Below are positions 8,744-18,119 of a stretch of 64,000 bases of DNA, one piece after another. The notes beneath the pieces are model-generated. The model ran no database searches, was not told where the DNA came from, and was given only the letters and a program-made list of their open reading frames with translations. The first letter of the stretch is position 1. Every line of letters starts with the position of its first letter. Source of the DNA: Candidatus Brocadiia bacterium (lineage in GTDB: Bacteria > Planctomycetota > Brocadiia > CAIUPP01). The stretch lies in NCBI GenBank assembly GCA_050015075.1, contig JBEKCB010000027.1, positions 1 through 64,000 on the forward strand, written 5' to 3'. A program made the translations under genes and the position numbers.

Positions 8744-10122
8744 CCGAATTCGCGGGCTCCCTCGGTGCTGCTCTCGAATCGCAGGAACTGGCGAAGGAAC
8801 GCCAGGTTCACCTTGCCGGTCGGGCCGTTCCGCTGTTTGGCGATGATCAGCTCGGCCGAGGTGTCCTCCGTCTGGTTGTCCAGGTAGTAAGACGGCCGGT
8901 GCAGAAGCAGCACGACGTCGGCGTCCTGTTCGAGCGAGCCGGACTCGCGCAGGTCCGCCATCCGGGGCCGGTGGTCGTCGCGCTGCTCGGCCTGCCGGTT
9001 CAACTGCGCGACGGCGATGACGGGGATCTGCATCTCGCGCGCGAGTCCCTTGAGGCTCCGCGAGATGGCGGCGATCTGCTGCTCGCGGCTGTCAATCTGG
9101 CCGGGCCCCTGCATGAGCTGGAGATAGTCAATCACCGCCAGGCGCAGCCCCTTCTGGCGCTTGAGCCGGCGGACTTTCGCGCGGATTTCAAAGCAGTTGA
9201 GCGCGGCGCTGTCGTCAATGAAAATCGGCGCCTCCATCAGGGCGCCGACGTGGATCGGCAACTGTTCGCGCTCCTCGCTCGTCAGCCGCCCGCGCCGCAG
9301 GCGGTGGCTGTCGAGCCGGACGTGCGAGCAGAGCATGTTCCGCGCCAACTGCTCCTTGGACATTTCCAGGCTGAAGATGACGACCGGCTGGTGCAACTCC
9401 ACGCCGACGTGCTGCACGATGTTCAGCGCGAAGGAGGTCTTTCCCATGCTCGGCCGGCCCGCGACGATGATGAGTTCGCCGCTCTGCAGGCCGCTGGTGT
9501 ATTCGTCCAGGTCGGCGAACCCGGTGCCGAGTCCGCTGACCATGCCTTCCCGGCCGCGGTCAATCATCTCGAAGGCGGACTTGAGGACATCCTTGAAAGG
9601 AGTGACGTTGCTCTGGGCGCCGGCCTCGGCGATGTGGAAGATCTTCGCCTCCGCCTCGTCGAGGAGTTCGCGGCTGCGGGCATCGCTGCGGGCGGCGGAG
9701 TCGGAGATCTCGCGCGTGGCGATGAGCAGGTTGCGGAGGACGGACTTCTCGCGGACGATCTGGGCGTAATGTTCCACGTTGCCCGGCGCGGGCACGGCCT
9801 CCGCGAGCGAGGAAAGGTAGGCCAGGCCGCCGACCATCTCGAGCGCGCCGCCGCGCTTGAGCTCTTCGGGCAGCGTGATCAGGTCCACGGCGCGCTGCTG
9901 GTCGTGGAGGGCGAGGATGGCCTCGAAGATTTTTCGATGGGCGGCGGAGGCGAAATCGTCGGCGGTGAGGATCGGGACGACGACGTCCACGGTGTCGTTG
10001 TTGATGAGCATCGAGCCGAGGACGGAGATCTCCGCGTCGGCGCTCTGCGGCAGGTCCGCCCCGCCGGTTGCGCGCGAGGGACTGGAACGCCGATCGAGGT
10101 CCGGCCTGCGCGCTCTTGCCAT
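8740..10122 (-). CDS. dnaB: Replicative DNA helicase
   Basis: GRPSMGKT, FSLEMS, IDYLQL, QLNR, DLRESGSLEQDAD and KQRNGPTG; ATG at 10122 has a GGAGAG RBS. Confidence 0.97.
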   Translation of the reverse strand: MARARRPDLDRRSSPSRATGGADLPQSADAEISVLGSMLINNDTVDVVVPILTADDFASAAHRKIFEAILALHDQQRAVDLITLPEELKRGGALEMVGGLAYLSSLAEAVPAPGNVEHYAQIVREKSVLRNLLIATREISDSAARSDARSRELLDEAEAKIFHIAEAGAQSNVTPFKDVLKSAFEMIDRGREGMVSGLGTGFADLDEYTSGLQSGELIIVAGRPSMGKTSFALNIVQHVGVELHQPVVIFSLEMSKEQLARNMLCSHVRLDSHRLRRGRLTSEEREQLPIHVGALMEAPIFIDDSAALNCFEIRAKVRRLKRQKGLRLAVIDYLQLMQGPGQIDSREQQIAAISRSLKGLAREMQIPVIAVAQLNRQAEQRDDHRPRMADLRESGSLEQDADVVLLLHRPSYYLDNQTEDTSAELIIAKQRNGPTGKVNLAFLRQFLRFESSTEGAREFG

Positions 10123-10145
10123 GCCACTCTCCGTGGGAAGCCGCT

Positions 10146-10589
10146 CTACTCCGCGACGACCCAGATTTTGCAAGAACTCGCCAGCCCCGGCTTCAATTGA
10201 ATGAGGATTTCCACGACACCGAGTTCCTTGACGGGCTCGGTCAACTGGATCATCTTCTCTTCGACCCGGTACCCTTCCGCCTGCAGCAGGCCGGCGATCT
10301 GCGCGGCCGTGACCGAGCCGAACAGATGCCCTTCCTCGTTCGCCTTGGCCGGAATGGTGATGGAGACCTGCTTGAGCTTTTCGGCCATGCCGTCCAGCTC
10401 CTGGTCGAGGACCTTGCGCTCTTCCTCGGCCTTCTTCTTCTCGCTCTCGACGCGCCGGATGTTGCCGGGCGTGACCGCCACCGCCAACTGGCGCGGCAGG
10501 AGATAGTTCCGGCCGTAGCCGGACTTCACGTCCACCACCTCGCCGATGTGTCCGAGCCCTTCGATATCTTTACGCAAGAGAACCTGCAT
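10146..10589 (-). CDS. rplI: 50S ribosomal protein L9
   Basis: VKSGYGRNYLLP and LFGSVT. Confidence 0.97.
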   Translation of the reverse strand: MQVLLRKDIEGLGHIGEVVDVKSGYGRNYLLPRQLAVAVTPGNIRRVESEKKKAEEERKVLDQELDGMAEKLKQVSITIPAKANEEGHLFGSVTAAQIAGLLQAEGYRVEEKMIQLTEPVKELGVVEILIQLKPGLASSCKIWVVAE

Positions 10590-10643
10590 GCTATCGCTCC
10601 TGTCAGTTTCAAGCCGCGCCTGCGTGCGGGAGGCGGGCGGGCG

Positions 10644-10871
10644 TCAGCCGACGAACGGCATCAAACCGATGAACCGCGAACGCTTGATCGCCACCCGCGC
10701 GGACCGCTGGTGCCGCGCGCAGTTGCCCGACCGCTTCCGGGAGAACAGCCGGCCCCGGTTCGTGGTCAGCTTGGTGAGGGTCTGAACGTCCTTGTAGTCA
10801 ATCGTGCCCATGCCCAGGCGGCAGAAACGGCACTTCGTGCGGTCGCGGAATTTCGGGGACTTCTTCTGCAT
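10644..10871 (-). CDS. rpsR: 30S ribosomal protein S18 (CxxC type)
   Basis: CRFC, IDYKDV, CARHQR and AIKRSR. Confidence 0.95.
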   Translation of the reverse strand: MQKKSPKFRDRTKCRFCRLGMGTIDYKDVQTLTKLTTNRGRLFSRKRSGNCARHQRSARVAIKRSRFIGLMPFVG

Positions 10872-10884
10872 GACTCACCTCGGG

Positions 10885-11409
10885 TCAAAAAGGAATCTCG
10901 TCATTCACCTTGAACTGGCCGCCTTCGGGCGCGGAATCGGGCGGCTCGTCCGCGCCCGCGTCCGCCGGCGGACCTTCCGGCTCCTGCGCGCGGGACCGTC
11001 CCCGCGGCGCCTGCGACGAGCCCTGCTCCCGGCCTGCCGGCGCGCCGGGCGCGCCTTCGGCGGGCGCTCTGCGTCCGGTCGGCGCGCCGAGGAACTGGAA
11101 GTTTTCCACGACGACGCGCATCCTCGATCGCTTCTGGCCGTCCTTGCCTTCCCAGCTATCCAGCTTCAGCCGCCCCTCGACGAAGAGCGACGAGCCTTTC
11201 TTGCAGTACTCGCTGATGATCTCGGCGCCGCGCGCCCAGGCCTGGCAGTCCACGAAACAGACTTCCTCTTTCTTCTCGCCGTTCGGCCCTTTCCACTGGC
11301 GGTTGATGGCGATGCCGAATTCGCCCACCGCCGTGCCTTGCGGAGTGTAGCGCAACTCCGGATCGCGCGTCAGGTTGCCGATGAGGAAGACTTTATTCAG
11401 ATTCGCCAT
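10885..11409 (-). CDS. ssb: Single-stranded DNA-binding protein
   Basis: NKVFLIGNLTRDPELRYT and C-terminal DEIPF. Confidence 0.97.
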   Translation of the reverse strand: MANLNKVFLIGNLTRDPELRYTPQGTAVGEFGIAINRQWKGPNGEKKEEVCFVDCQAWARGAEIISEYCKKGSSLFVEGRLKLDSWEGKDGQKRSRMRVVVENFQFLGAPTGRRAPAEGAPGAPAGREQGSSQAPRGRSRAQEPEGPPADAGADEPPDSAPEGGQFKVNDEIPF

Positions 11410-11491
11410 CGCACGATCTCCGAGGCTGAAAAGCGCTTGCGGCGGCGCCGTGAGGCGCTACGACGCATGCCCTTGCGGGCGCACGACGAAC

Positions 11492-11971
11492 TTACTCCTC
11501 CTTGGCCGGCGCCGGCGTCGGAGCCGGAGCCGCAGCCGCAGCCGGGGCCACAGCGGGCGCCGCCTTGGGCTGCGCCGGAGCGGCCGGAGCCGCGGGAGCG
11601 CGTTCGCGTTCTTCCGACGACGAACTCCGGTAGCGGCTGGACGGCGTGACCTCTTCCGGATTGCGCATCATCTCTTCGGACGGCATCTTCTCGATCTTGA
11701 TGATCAGCGCCCGCAGCATCAGGCCGGAGAGTTCGCACTCGCGGTAGATCTCGTTGACCGCCGTTCCGGTGGCGTTGAAGTACATGAGCATGTAGGTGCC
11801 GCGGCGGCGGCCCTGCATCTCGTAGGCGAGCTTGCGCTCTCCCCATTTTTCCGTGCGCACGAGTTCGGCCCCGTGCTTGCTGAGTATGGATTTGAGCTTC
11901 TCCAGCGAACCGTCCCAATCGCGGTTCGCCTGCCGGTTATCCATGACGAACATCCCTTCATACAGGCTCAA
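11492..11971 (-). CDS. rpsF: 30S ribosomal protein S6
   Basis: YEGMF and WGERKLAYE; Ala/Pro-rich tail; TTG start overlapping the pth stop. Confidence 0.93.
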   Translation of the reverse strand: MSLYEGMFVMDNRQANRDWDGSLEKLKSILSKHGAELVRTEKWGERKLAYEMQGRRRGTYMLMYFNATGTAVNEIYRECELSGLMLRALIIKIEKMPSEEMMRNPEEVTPSSRYRSSSSEERERAPAAPAAPAQPKAAPAVAPAAAAAPAPTPAPAKEE

Positions 11972-12564
11972 GCATCCGCCTCCTCTCTCTGGTCCTTATT
12001 CGCGTCGGGGCTGGCATTGAACTCGTTTTGACAGCGTTCCATTCCCGACTCCAGCCACACTTCAAGCGCGCGCACCGCGCGCTGCACCGCCTCGTCCAGC
12101 ACCGGCCGTTCCGCGGCCGAAAACGTGGAGAGCACAAAATCGCGTCCGCGCCCGCCCTGCTCCGCGCCGATCCCGATGCGCAGCCGGGGCGGCTCCGCGC
12201 CGAGCGCGGCCAGGATCGAATCGAGCCCGTGATGGCCCGCGCTGCGCCCCTGGGGCCGCACGCGCAGACGTCCGAGCGCGAGGTTGAAATCGTCGCATAC
12301 GACCATCACATCCGGCGTTTCCACGCGGCACCAGTCCACCGCCGCGCGCACGGCCCGCCCGCTCTCGTTGACGAACGTCTCCGGCTTCATCAGCAGCACT
12401 TTGGCGCCGCGCACGCTGCCTTCGGCGGTCCGGGAGTGGAACCGGCTTCGCCACGGGCCGATTCCGTGCTCGCGGGCCAGGAGATCCACCACCATGAACC
12501 CCGCGTTATGCCGCGTCTCGGCGTACTCTTTGCCGGGGTTGCCGATGCCAACGATGATTTTCAT
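11968..12564 (-). CDS. pth: Peptidyl-tRNA hydrolase
   Basis: GIGNPG, TRHNAGF, KPETFVNESG and RLRIGIG. Confidence 0.96.
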   Translation of the reverse strand: MKIIVGIGNPGKEYAETRHNAGFMVVDLLAREHGIGPWRSRFHSRTAEGSVRGAKVLLMKPETFVNESGRAVRAAVDWCRVETPDVMVVCDDFNLALGRLRVRPQGRSAGHHGLDSILAALGAEPPRLRIGIGAEQGGRGRDFVLSTFSAAERPVLDEAVQRAVRALEVWLESGMERCQNEFNASPDANKDQREEADA

Positions 12565-12623
12565 CTGCGGTCAACTCCGGTTCGACGTGGCTCACCGCAG
12601 GCGGTCGCATCGCCGCGCAGCGG

Positions 12624-13310
12624 TCAGGACTTCTGCTTCTCCTTGTCCTTCTCCTTGGGCTGTTCCTCTTCCTCCGCCTCGGCGGCTTCCTTGGCGGCGC
12701 GCCCGATGACCTCCGGCTCCGTGGAGGCGGCCTCGGCGGCGGGTGCGGCGGCGACCACTTCTTCCTCGCGCGTTTCCTTGACGATGAAGACGATCGCGTC
12801 GGGGTCCTCGGTGATCTTGGCGCCGGGCGGAACGGGCAGGTCCTTGACCTGGATCTTGTCGTTGAGGTCCATGCCCTCGACTTCGACGCGGATCTGCTCC
12901 GGGATCGCATCGGCCTTGCAGGCCAGGCTCACGCGGCGCAGCGGCTGTTCGAGCACGCCGCCGGAGAGCTGGCCCTTCGGCGTGCCGTGGGAGACGACCT
13001 CGACCTCGACCGTCACGATCTCGTCAAGCGCGACGCGCCCGAAGTCCACGTGGAGGATGGCCTGGCCCCAGGTGTCGAACTGGACTTCCTTCACCAGCGC
13101 GCGCTCCTGCCGGTCGCCCAGGCGGAGCGTCACCAGCCGGCGCCCGGTCTCCAGGGCATGGCGCAGCGCGTCGCCGGGCAAAGAAAGCATCACCACTTCC
13201 TGCCCGTGGCCGTAAAGGATGCCGGGCACCTTGCCCTGCGCCCGCAACTGGCGGGAAGAAGCCGAGCCTTTCGTCGTGCGCGGATCGGCTTTGAGTTCTT
13301 CGATCTTCAT
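12624..13310 (-). CDS. rplY: 50S ribosomal protein L25/Ctc
   Basis: PGILYG and ILHVDF with a long C-terminal domain. Confidence 0.95.
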   Translation of the reverse strand: MKIEELKADPRTTKGSASSRQLRAQGKVPGILYGHGQEVVMLSLPGDALRHALETGRRLVTLRLGDRQERALVKEVQFDTWGQAILHVDFGRVALDEIVTVEVEVVSHGTPKGQLSGGVLEQPLRRVSLACKADAIPEQIRVEVEGMDLNDKIQVKDLPVPPGAKITEDPDAIVFIVKETREEEVVAAAPAAEAASTEPEVIGRAAKEAAEAEEEEQPKEKDKEKQKS

Positions 13311-13320
13311 GCGGTGGACC

Positions 13321-14283
13321 TCAATGGCTCTGGTTCATGAACAGCGAACTGACGGACTCGTTGACGTGGATGCGGTGGACGGCCTCGGCCAGAAGCTTGC
13401 TCACGGTGAGCGCCTTGAGCCGGCCGCCGACCTGCTTGATCTTGTCCGCCGCGGGGACGGAGTCGGTCACCACGACTTCCTTCAACACGGACCCCTTGAG
13501 CTTTTCGACTGCGGCGCCGCACAGGATGGCGTGGGCCGCCGCGCCGTAGATCTCGCGCGCGCCGTACTCCCGCAGCGCCTGCGCGGCATTGGTCAGCGAT
13601 CCGCCGGTCGTGATCATGTCGTCCACGAGGAGGACGTTCTTGCCCTTCACGTCGCCGATGACCATGCCGGCCGAGGATTCCTCGGGAGAGATGCGCCGCT
13701 TGTCCACGACGGCGAGGCCGGCATCCAGCCAGGAGGCAAAAGCCCGGGCCATGCGGATGCCGCCGACGTCCGGCGTTGCGACCACCAGGTCCGGAAGGCC
13801 CAGCTCCCTGAAGTATCCCGAGAGCACCGGCGCGGAGAACAGGTGGTCCACCGGGATGTCGAAGAATCCCTGGATTTGGGTCGCGTGCAGGTCCAGCGCC
13901 AGCACGCGGTCCACTCCGGCCTCGACGAGCATGTTGGCGACGAGCTTGGCCGTGATCGGCACGCGGCCTTCGTCTTTGCGATCTTTCCGCGCGTAGCCGT
14001 AATAGGGCATCACGGCGGTGATCCGGCGCGCGGACGACCGGCGCGCCGCGTCCACCATGATGAGCAACTCCATGAGGTTCTCATTTACAGGCGGACAGGT
14101 CGGCTGTACAATGAAGATATCGCGCCCGCGGACGTCTTCGTTGATCTTGACGTTGATTTCGCCGTCCGGGAACCGCATGACGGAGGCGTCGCCCAAGGGC
14201 TCGCCGAGGCACTCGCATACTTTTTTAGCGAGGTCCGGGTTCCCGTTGCAGGCGAAAATCTTCAAGTCATCCCTGGGCGGCAC
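13321..14283 (-). CDS. prs: Ribose-phosphate pyrophosphokinase
   Basis: FPDGE, PYYGYARKDRK, DLHATQIQGFF and VDDMITTGGS. Confidence 0.97.
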   Translation of the reverse strand: MPPRDDLKIFACNGNPDLAKKVCECLGEPLGDASVMRFPDGEINVKINEDVRGRDIFIVQPTCPPVNENLMELLIMVDAARRSSARRITAVMPYYGYARKDRKDEGRVPITAKLVANMLVEAGVDRVLALDLHATQIQGFFDIPVDHLFSAPVLSGYFRELGLPDLVVATPDVGGIRMARAFASWLDAGLAVVDKRRISPEESSAGMVIGDVKGKNVLLVDDMITTGGSLTNAAQALREYGAREIYGAAAHAILCGAAVEKLKGSVLKEVVVTDSVPAADKIKQVGGRLKALTVSKLLAEAVHRIHVNESVSSLFMNQSH

Positions 14284-14403
14284 GGCCGACCTTCCTCAAA
14301 ATGAGGCGCGAAAACACGACAAAACCGCTGCGCTGGTGCGGGCTGCGGGAACAGTATCCGGGAAACGCAGAGAGAGCCGGACCGGCGCCAGCCCGAATGA
14401 GAC

Positions 14404-14432
14404 ACTATATCAGAGACGGCTGGCCATTTCAA
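14404..14432 (-). promoter_or_regulatory. Sigma70-type promoter TTGAAA-17-TATAGT for the prs operon
   Basis: Near-consensus boxes with 17-bp spacer. Confidence 0.6.
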
Positions 14433-14482
14433 GGGCAGTGCCGAGGCCAATATGCAGGCCGCCGCACACGGCCCGAGCAGGA

Positions 14483-14511
14483 TTGACAGAGTCCGGCACA
14501 GGGCCTAACAT
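14483..14511 (+). promoter_or_regulatory. Sigma70-type promoter TTGACA-17-TAACAT for the glycosyltransferase pair
   Basis: Consensus -35 with 17-bp spacer; divergent from the prs promoter. Confidence 0.6.
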
Positions 14512-14534
14512 GCGCGCAGGAGAAGCTCTGCACT

Positions 14535-15671
14535 GTGGGAGGACGGCGCTTGATTCGAGTGCTGCACGTCATCGCGACGCTGGACCGCGCCGGTGCGGAG
14601 AAACAACTGGTTGACCTTTGCCGCAACCTCGACCGTTCGGAATTCGAGCCCGCCATCTGCTGCCTGACGCGCGGCGGCCCCTTCGCCGCCGACCTGCGGC
14701 GGGCCGGCGTGTCCATCCACCTGCTGAACAAGCGCGGGCGTTGGGACTTGCGCGTCATCTGGCGCGCCATGCGCGTGATCCGCGAATTCCAGCCCCATAT
14801 CGTCCACACCTGGCTGCCCACGGCCAACACTCTCGGCCGGGTGGCCAGCCTGGCCGCCGGCGTGCCCGTGCTGATCGCCTCCGAGCGCGCGAAGGATGCG
14901 TGGAAAGGCATGGCCCGGCTCACGGCCGACCGCATCCTGGCCAAGCGGACGACGCTGACGGTCACGAACGCCGAGGCGGTGCGGGACTTCCTTGTGGAGG
15001 AAATCGGGCTGCCGAAGGAGAAGATCCGCGTCATCCGCAACGGCCTGGACCTGGCCGAGTTCGACGCCGCCGCAGCCAAAGGCCCGTCGGCGGCGCTCCC
15101 GGACCCCGAAGGATGCCTGGTCATCGGGGCCGTCGGAAGGCTGGAGCGGCAGAAAGGCATGGCAGACCTGCTCGAGGCCTTCGCGCGCCTGCCGGCCGAC
15201 CTGCAACAGGTGAAGCTCTGGATCGTCGGCGAAGGCCCGTTGGAGCGCAAGCTGCAACGCAAGGCGGCCGAGATGGAGATGGAGGAACGCGTCCGCTTCC
15301 TGGGAGCGCGCTCCGACGTGCCCGCCCTGATGACGCGGTTCGATCTCTTCGTGCTCTCGTCGCTCTGGGAGGGCCTGCCGAACGTGGTGCTCGAGGCGAT
15401 GGCCGCGCGCCGCGCGGTGGTCGCCACCAAGGTGGACGGTACTCCGGAGGCGGTGACGCACGGCTGGACGGGCGTGCTGGTGCCTCCGTCCAATCCTGTG
15501 GTCCTGGCCCAGGCGATCGAGCGGCTCCTGCGCGATCCCGCGCTGCGGCGCAAGTACGGCGAAGCCGGCCGGCAGAAGGTGGAGCAACGCTTCGGCCTCG
15601 ACCGCATGGTCAAGGAGACGCAGGCCATGTATCGCGAGGCGCTGGCGGAGGCGGGCATCCGTGATCCATGA
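14535..15671 (+). CDS. GT4-family glycosyltransferase
   Basis: VGRLERQKG and SLWEGLPNVVLEAMA (ExxxxxxxE); start may be TTG at 14550. Confidence 0.9.
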   Translation: MGGRRLIRVLHVIATLDRAGAEKQLVDLCRNLDRSEFEPAICCLTRGGPFAADLRRAGVSIHLLNKRGRWDLRVIWRAMRVIREFQPHIVHTWLPTANTLGRVASLAAGVPVLIASERAKDAWKGMARLTADRILAKRTTLTVTNAEAVRDFLVEEIGLPKEKIRVIRNGLDLAEFDAAAAKGPSAALPDPEGCLVIGAVGRLERQKGMADLLEAFARLPADLQQVKLWIVGEGPLERKLQRKAAEMEMEERVRFLGARSDVPALMTRFDLFVLSSLWEGLPNVVLEAMAARRAVVATKVDGTPEAVTHGWTGVLVPPSNPVVLAQAIERLLRDPALRRKYGEAGRQKVEQRFGLDRMVKETQAMYREALAEAGIRDP

Positions 15672-16962
15672 GCGCCGCGAATTCGCCCGGGACGTGGCGG
15701 TCATCTTCGTCCTGGCGCTGGGAATACGGCTGGCGCTGGCGCTTTCCCTGCCGCCCAACGATACGGTGTCCTGGGACCAATCCTACTGGGAGTACGCGAG
15801 GAATTTCTCCGGCGGGCGCGGGTTCTGGATGCCGAACCCGTACAGCGACGCGGTGAACCTGCCGCGCGTCTATGCGTTCCGGCCGCCGCTCTTCCCGTTC
15901 GCCTGGGGGTGCGTCTTCCGCCTGACTCACGGCGCGTATGCGCCGATCCGCATCGCCTTCGCGTTCCTGGGCGCCGCGACGTGCGCGATCGCGTACCTGG
16001 CGGGAATCGAGCTGACCGGGAAACGCATCGTCGCCGCCCTGGCGGGAATCCTCTGCGCCTTCTATCCGCCGCTCGTCTGGCACAGCGTCCACCTGATGAC
16101 GGAGCCGCTGTTCATCTTCTTCTCGGCGGGTTGCATGTATGCGGCGTTCCTCTTCCGTCACACGGGGCGGCTCCGATGGGCGGCGCTGGCGGGCCTGGCC
16201 GCCGGGCTGGCGGCGCTGAGCCGTTCGATGTTGATCGGGTTTCTGCCGCTGCTGGCGATCTGGATGTGGTGGGCGCGCAGAAGGCTCGGGCGCGGGTGGT
16301 CCGGCGCGGCGCTTTTCTGCGCCGTGGCGCTGGCCACGCTGGCGCCGTGGATCGTCCGGAACGCCATCGTCTTCCGCGAATTCGTTCCGACGACCACGGA
16401 TGCCGGACACGGTTTCTACGCGGCCAACAATGAGCGCTCGCTCGACGACCCGAGCGGGTTCTACATCCCCAAAGACTGGTCCTTCATGCTGAAGCCCGGC
16501 GAGACTTCGATCGGCGAGGTGGAGGCCAGCCGCAGGCTGATGCACATCGCGGGCGAGTACCTGCTGAGCCATCCGGGCGTCGCGCTGCGCCTGATGGCGC
16601 GGCGCTTCGCAGCGCTTTGGAAATTTTACCCGAATCCGGACTACGTCGGGCGAACGCAGGTGCTGGTCTACGCGCTGGCGTACATCCCGCTTTTTCCCTT
16701 CATCCTGTTCGGGCTGTGGCGCGCGCACCGCCGCCGCGAGGCGGAGCCGATGGACCTGCTGCTCGTGGACGGGCTCATTCTGTACACGACGGCGATCCAC
16801 ACGGTCTTCCTGGCCATGCTCCGCTATCGCGAGCCGCTGATGCCCTTCCTGCTGATTTTCGCGGCGATGGGGATCCTGTGCGTCGTGGAGGGTTTGCGCC
16901 GGGAATCCGGACGGAAGGACGTTTCGGGGAAATGTCCGCCGGGCAAAGGCGCGCCGGCGTAA
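15661..16962 (+). CDS. GT-C fold membrane glycosyltransferase (ArnT/PMT, GT39-like)
   Basis: Multiple TM helices, D..Y, RPPLFP, MTEPLF, PWIVRN and RYR motifs. Confidence 0.75.
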   Translation: MIHERREFARDVAVIFVLALGIRLALALSLPPNDTVSWDQSYWEYARNFSGGRGFWMPNPYSDAVNLPRVYAFRPPLFPFAWGCVFRLTHGAYAPIRIAFAFLGAATCAIAYLAGIELTGKRIVAALAGILCAFYPPLVWHSVHLMTEPLFIFFSAGCMYAAFLFRHTGRLRWAALAGLAAGLAALSRSMLIGFLPLLAIWMWWARRRLGRGWSGAALFCAVALATLAPWIVRNAIVFREFVPTTTDAGHGFYAANNERSLDDPSGFYIPKDWSFMLKPGETSIGEVEASRRLMHIAGEYLLSHPGVALRLMARRFAALWKFYPNPDYVGRTQVLVYALAYIPLFPFILFGLWRAHRRREAEPMDLLLVDGLILYTTAIHTVFLAMLRYREPLMPFLLIFAAMGILCVVEGLRRESGRKDVSGKCPPGKGAPA

Positions 16963-17007
16963 GCGCTCGACGCGCTCGCTGGACCGCTCGACGCCCGGCC
17001 GGTCGCG

Positions 17008-18051
17008 CTACTCGGTCTTCTTCTCGCGCAGGACGATATCGTCGCGCATGACCGGGTCATCCGGGTCCGAGTTGAGGATCTCGGTGCGCGATACGAGGTC
17101 ATCCACGCGAACGACCTGCAATTCGCCCTTCGGCTTGCGCTCGCCGCCCCTGCCGACGCGGACGACGGTGAACTTTTCGCCGTTCTGAATCTGCTCGTTC
17201 TTCCCCAGATTGATGATGGCCACGCCTTCAAGCGCGTCGGCCTGCAGGACCAATCCCTCGGTGACGGCGACGGCTTTCGGCATCTTGCGCGTCAGTTCCT
17301 CATTCATTTCGCGGACGCTCTGTTCCAGCTTCTGGATCTTCGCCTGCAGGTCGGCAGCCTCTTTCTTGTGGAGATCGGCCTGGGCGTGATTCTCGGCCCA
17401 GGCTTTCTTCGCCTCCTCGTCCGCTCTCGCCAGCAAGTCCTTGATCGTGGCCACGTCCTTGTCGTAGGCAGCCCTGGCGTCCTGCAAATCTTTGGCGGCC
17501 TTGTCCACGGTCGCCTTCAGGTCCGTGCTCTCCTGGGCCTGAAGGTTCTGAGCGTCCTTCATCTGCGCGGTGGCCAGTTGTAGGGCCTGGTCCCTCTCAC
17601 TCAACTGCCGCTTCGCGGCGCCCAGGTCCTGGTTGAGCTTAGTGACGTACTCGCGGAGGTTCTCCGGTTCCGGCTGAAGCTGGGACTTCTGGAGTTCGGA
17701 TGTGATGTCGTTGATGGGGTTCTCGCCGGCGTAGCCTGCCTTCTCGGCCAGCGCGGCGTAGTTGAGTCCGTCCAACGCGCTCTTCTGAACCTTGTTGAAG
17801 AAGGCGTCATCGTACGCGGCGTCCGATGCGCTGGCGACCGGCAGGGCGCTGACGGCAAGGCCTTTAGCGTTCAGCGGCACTTGCAGGTCGTTCTTGATCG
17901 CGCTCTGAAGCTTGTTCAGGGATGCTCCTCGCTTGAGGTATCCCATGGCCAGGAAGACGCACACGCCTGCGAGGATTACGCTGAGCACAAGAAAGCCGAT
18001 CATGCCGGTAAAGCCGGGACCGCCTCTGGAACGTTGTGGCGCGCGGGCCAT
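17008..18051 (-). CDS. Hypothetical membrane-anchored coiled-coil protein with C-terminal beta domain
   Basis: N-terminal TM helix, long heptad region, C-terminal IINLG...GEKFTV...GELQV; own promoter. Confidence 0.75.
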   Translation of the reverse strand: MARAPQRSRGGPGFTGMIGFLVLSVILAGVCVFLAMGYLKRGASLNKLQSAIKNDLQVPLNAKGLAVSALPVASASDAAYDDAFFNKVQKSALDGLNYAALAEKAGYAGENPINDITSELQKSQLQPEPENLREYVTKLNQDLGAAKRQLSERDQALQLATAQMKDAQNLQAQESTDLKATVDKAAKDLQDARAAYDKDVATIKDLLARADEEAKKAWAENHAQADLHKKEAADLQAKIQKLEQSVREMNEELTRKMPKAVAVTEGLVLQADALEGVAIINLGKNEQIQNGEKFTVVRVGRGGERKPKGELQVVRVDDLVSRTEILNSDPDDPVMRDDIVLREKKTE

Positions 18052-18090
18052 GAGTATCCTCCGTAAACCCCGTGAAACCAATTGTGTGAT

Positions 18091-18119
18091 AGTTTAGGCG
18101 GAATTCTCCGGCCTGTCAA
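18091..18119 (-). promoter_or_regulatory. Sigma70-type promoter TTGACA-17-TAAACT
   Basis: Consensus -35 with 17-bp spacer upstream of 17008..18051. Confidence 0.6.

Noticed and set aside
8740-10122. Intein in DnaB, RpoB or RpoC
   Set aside because: Lengths are normal and conserved motifs are contiguous.
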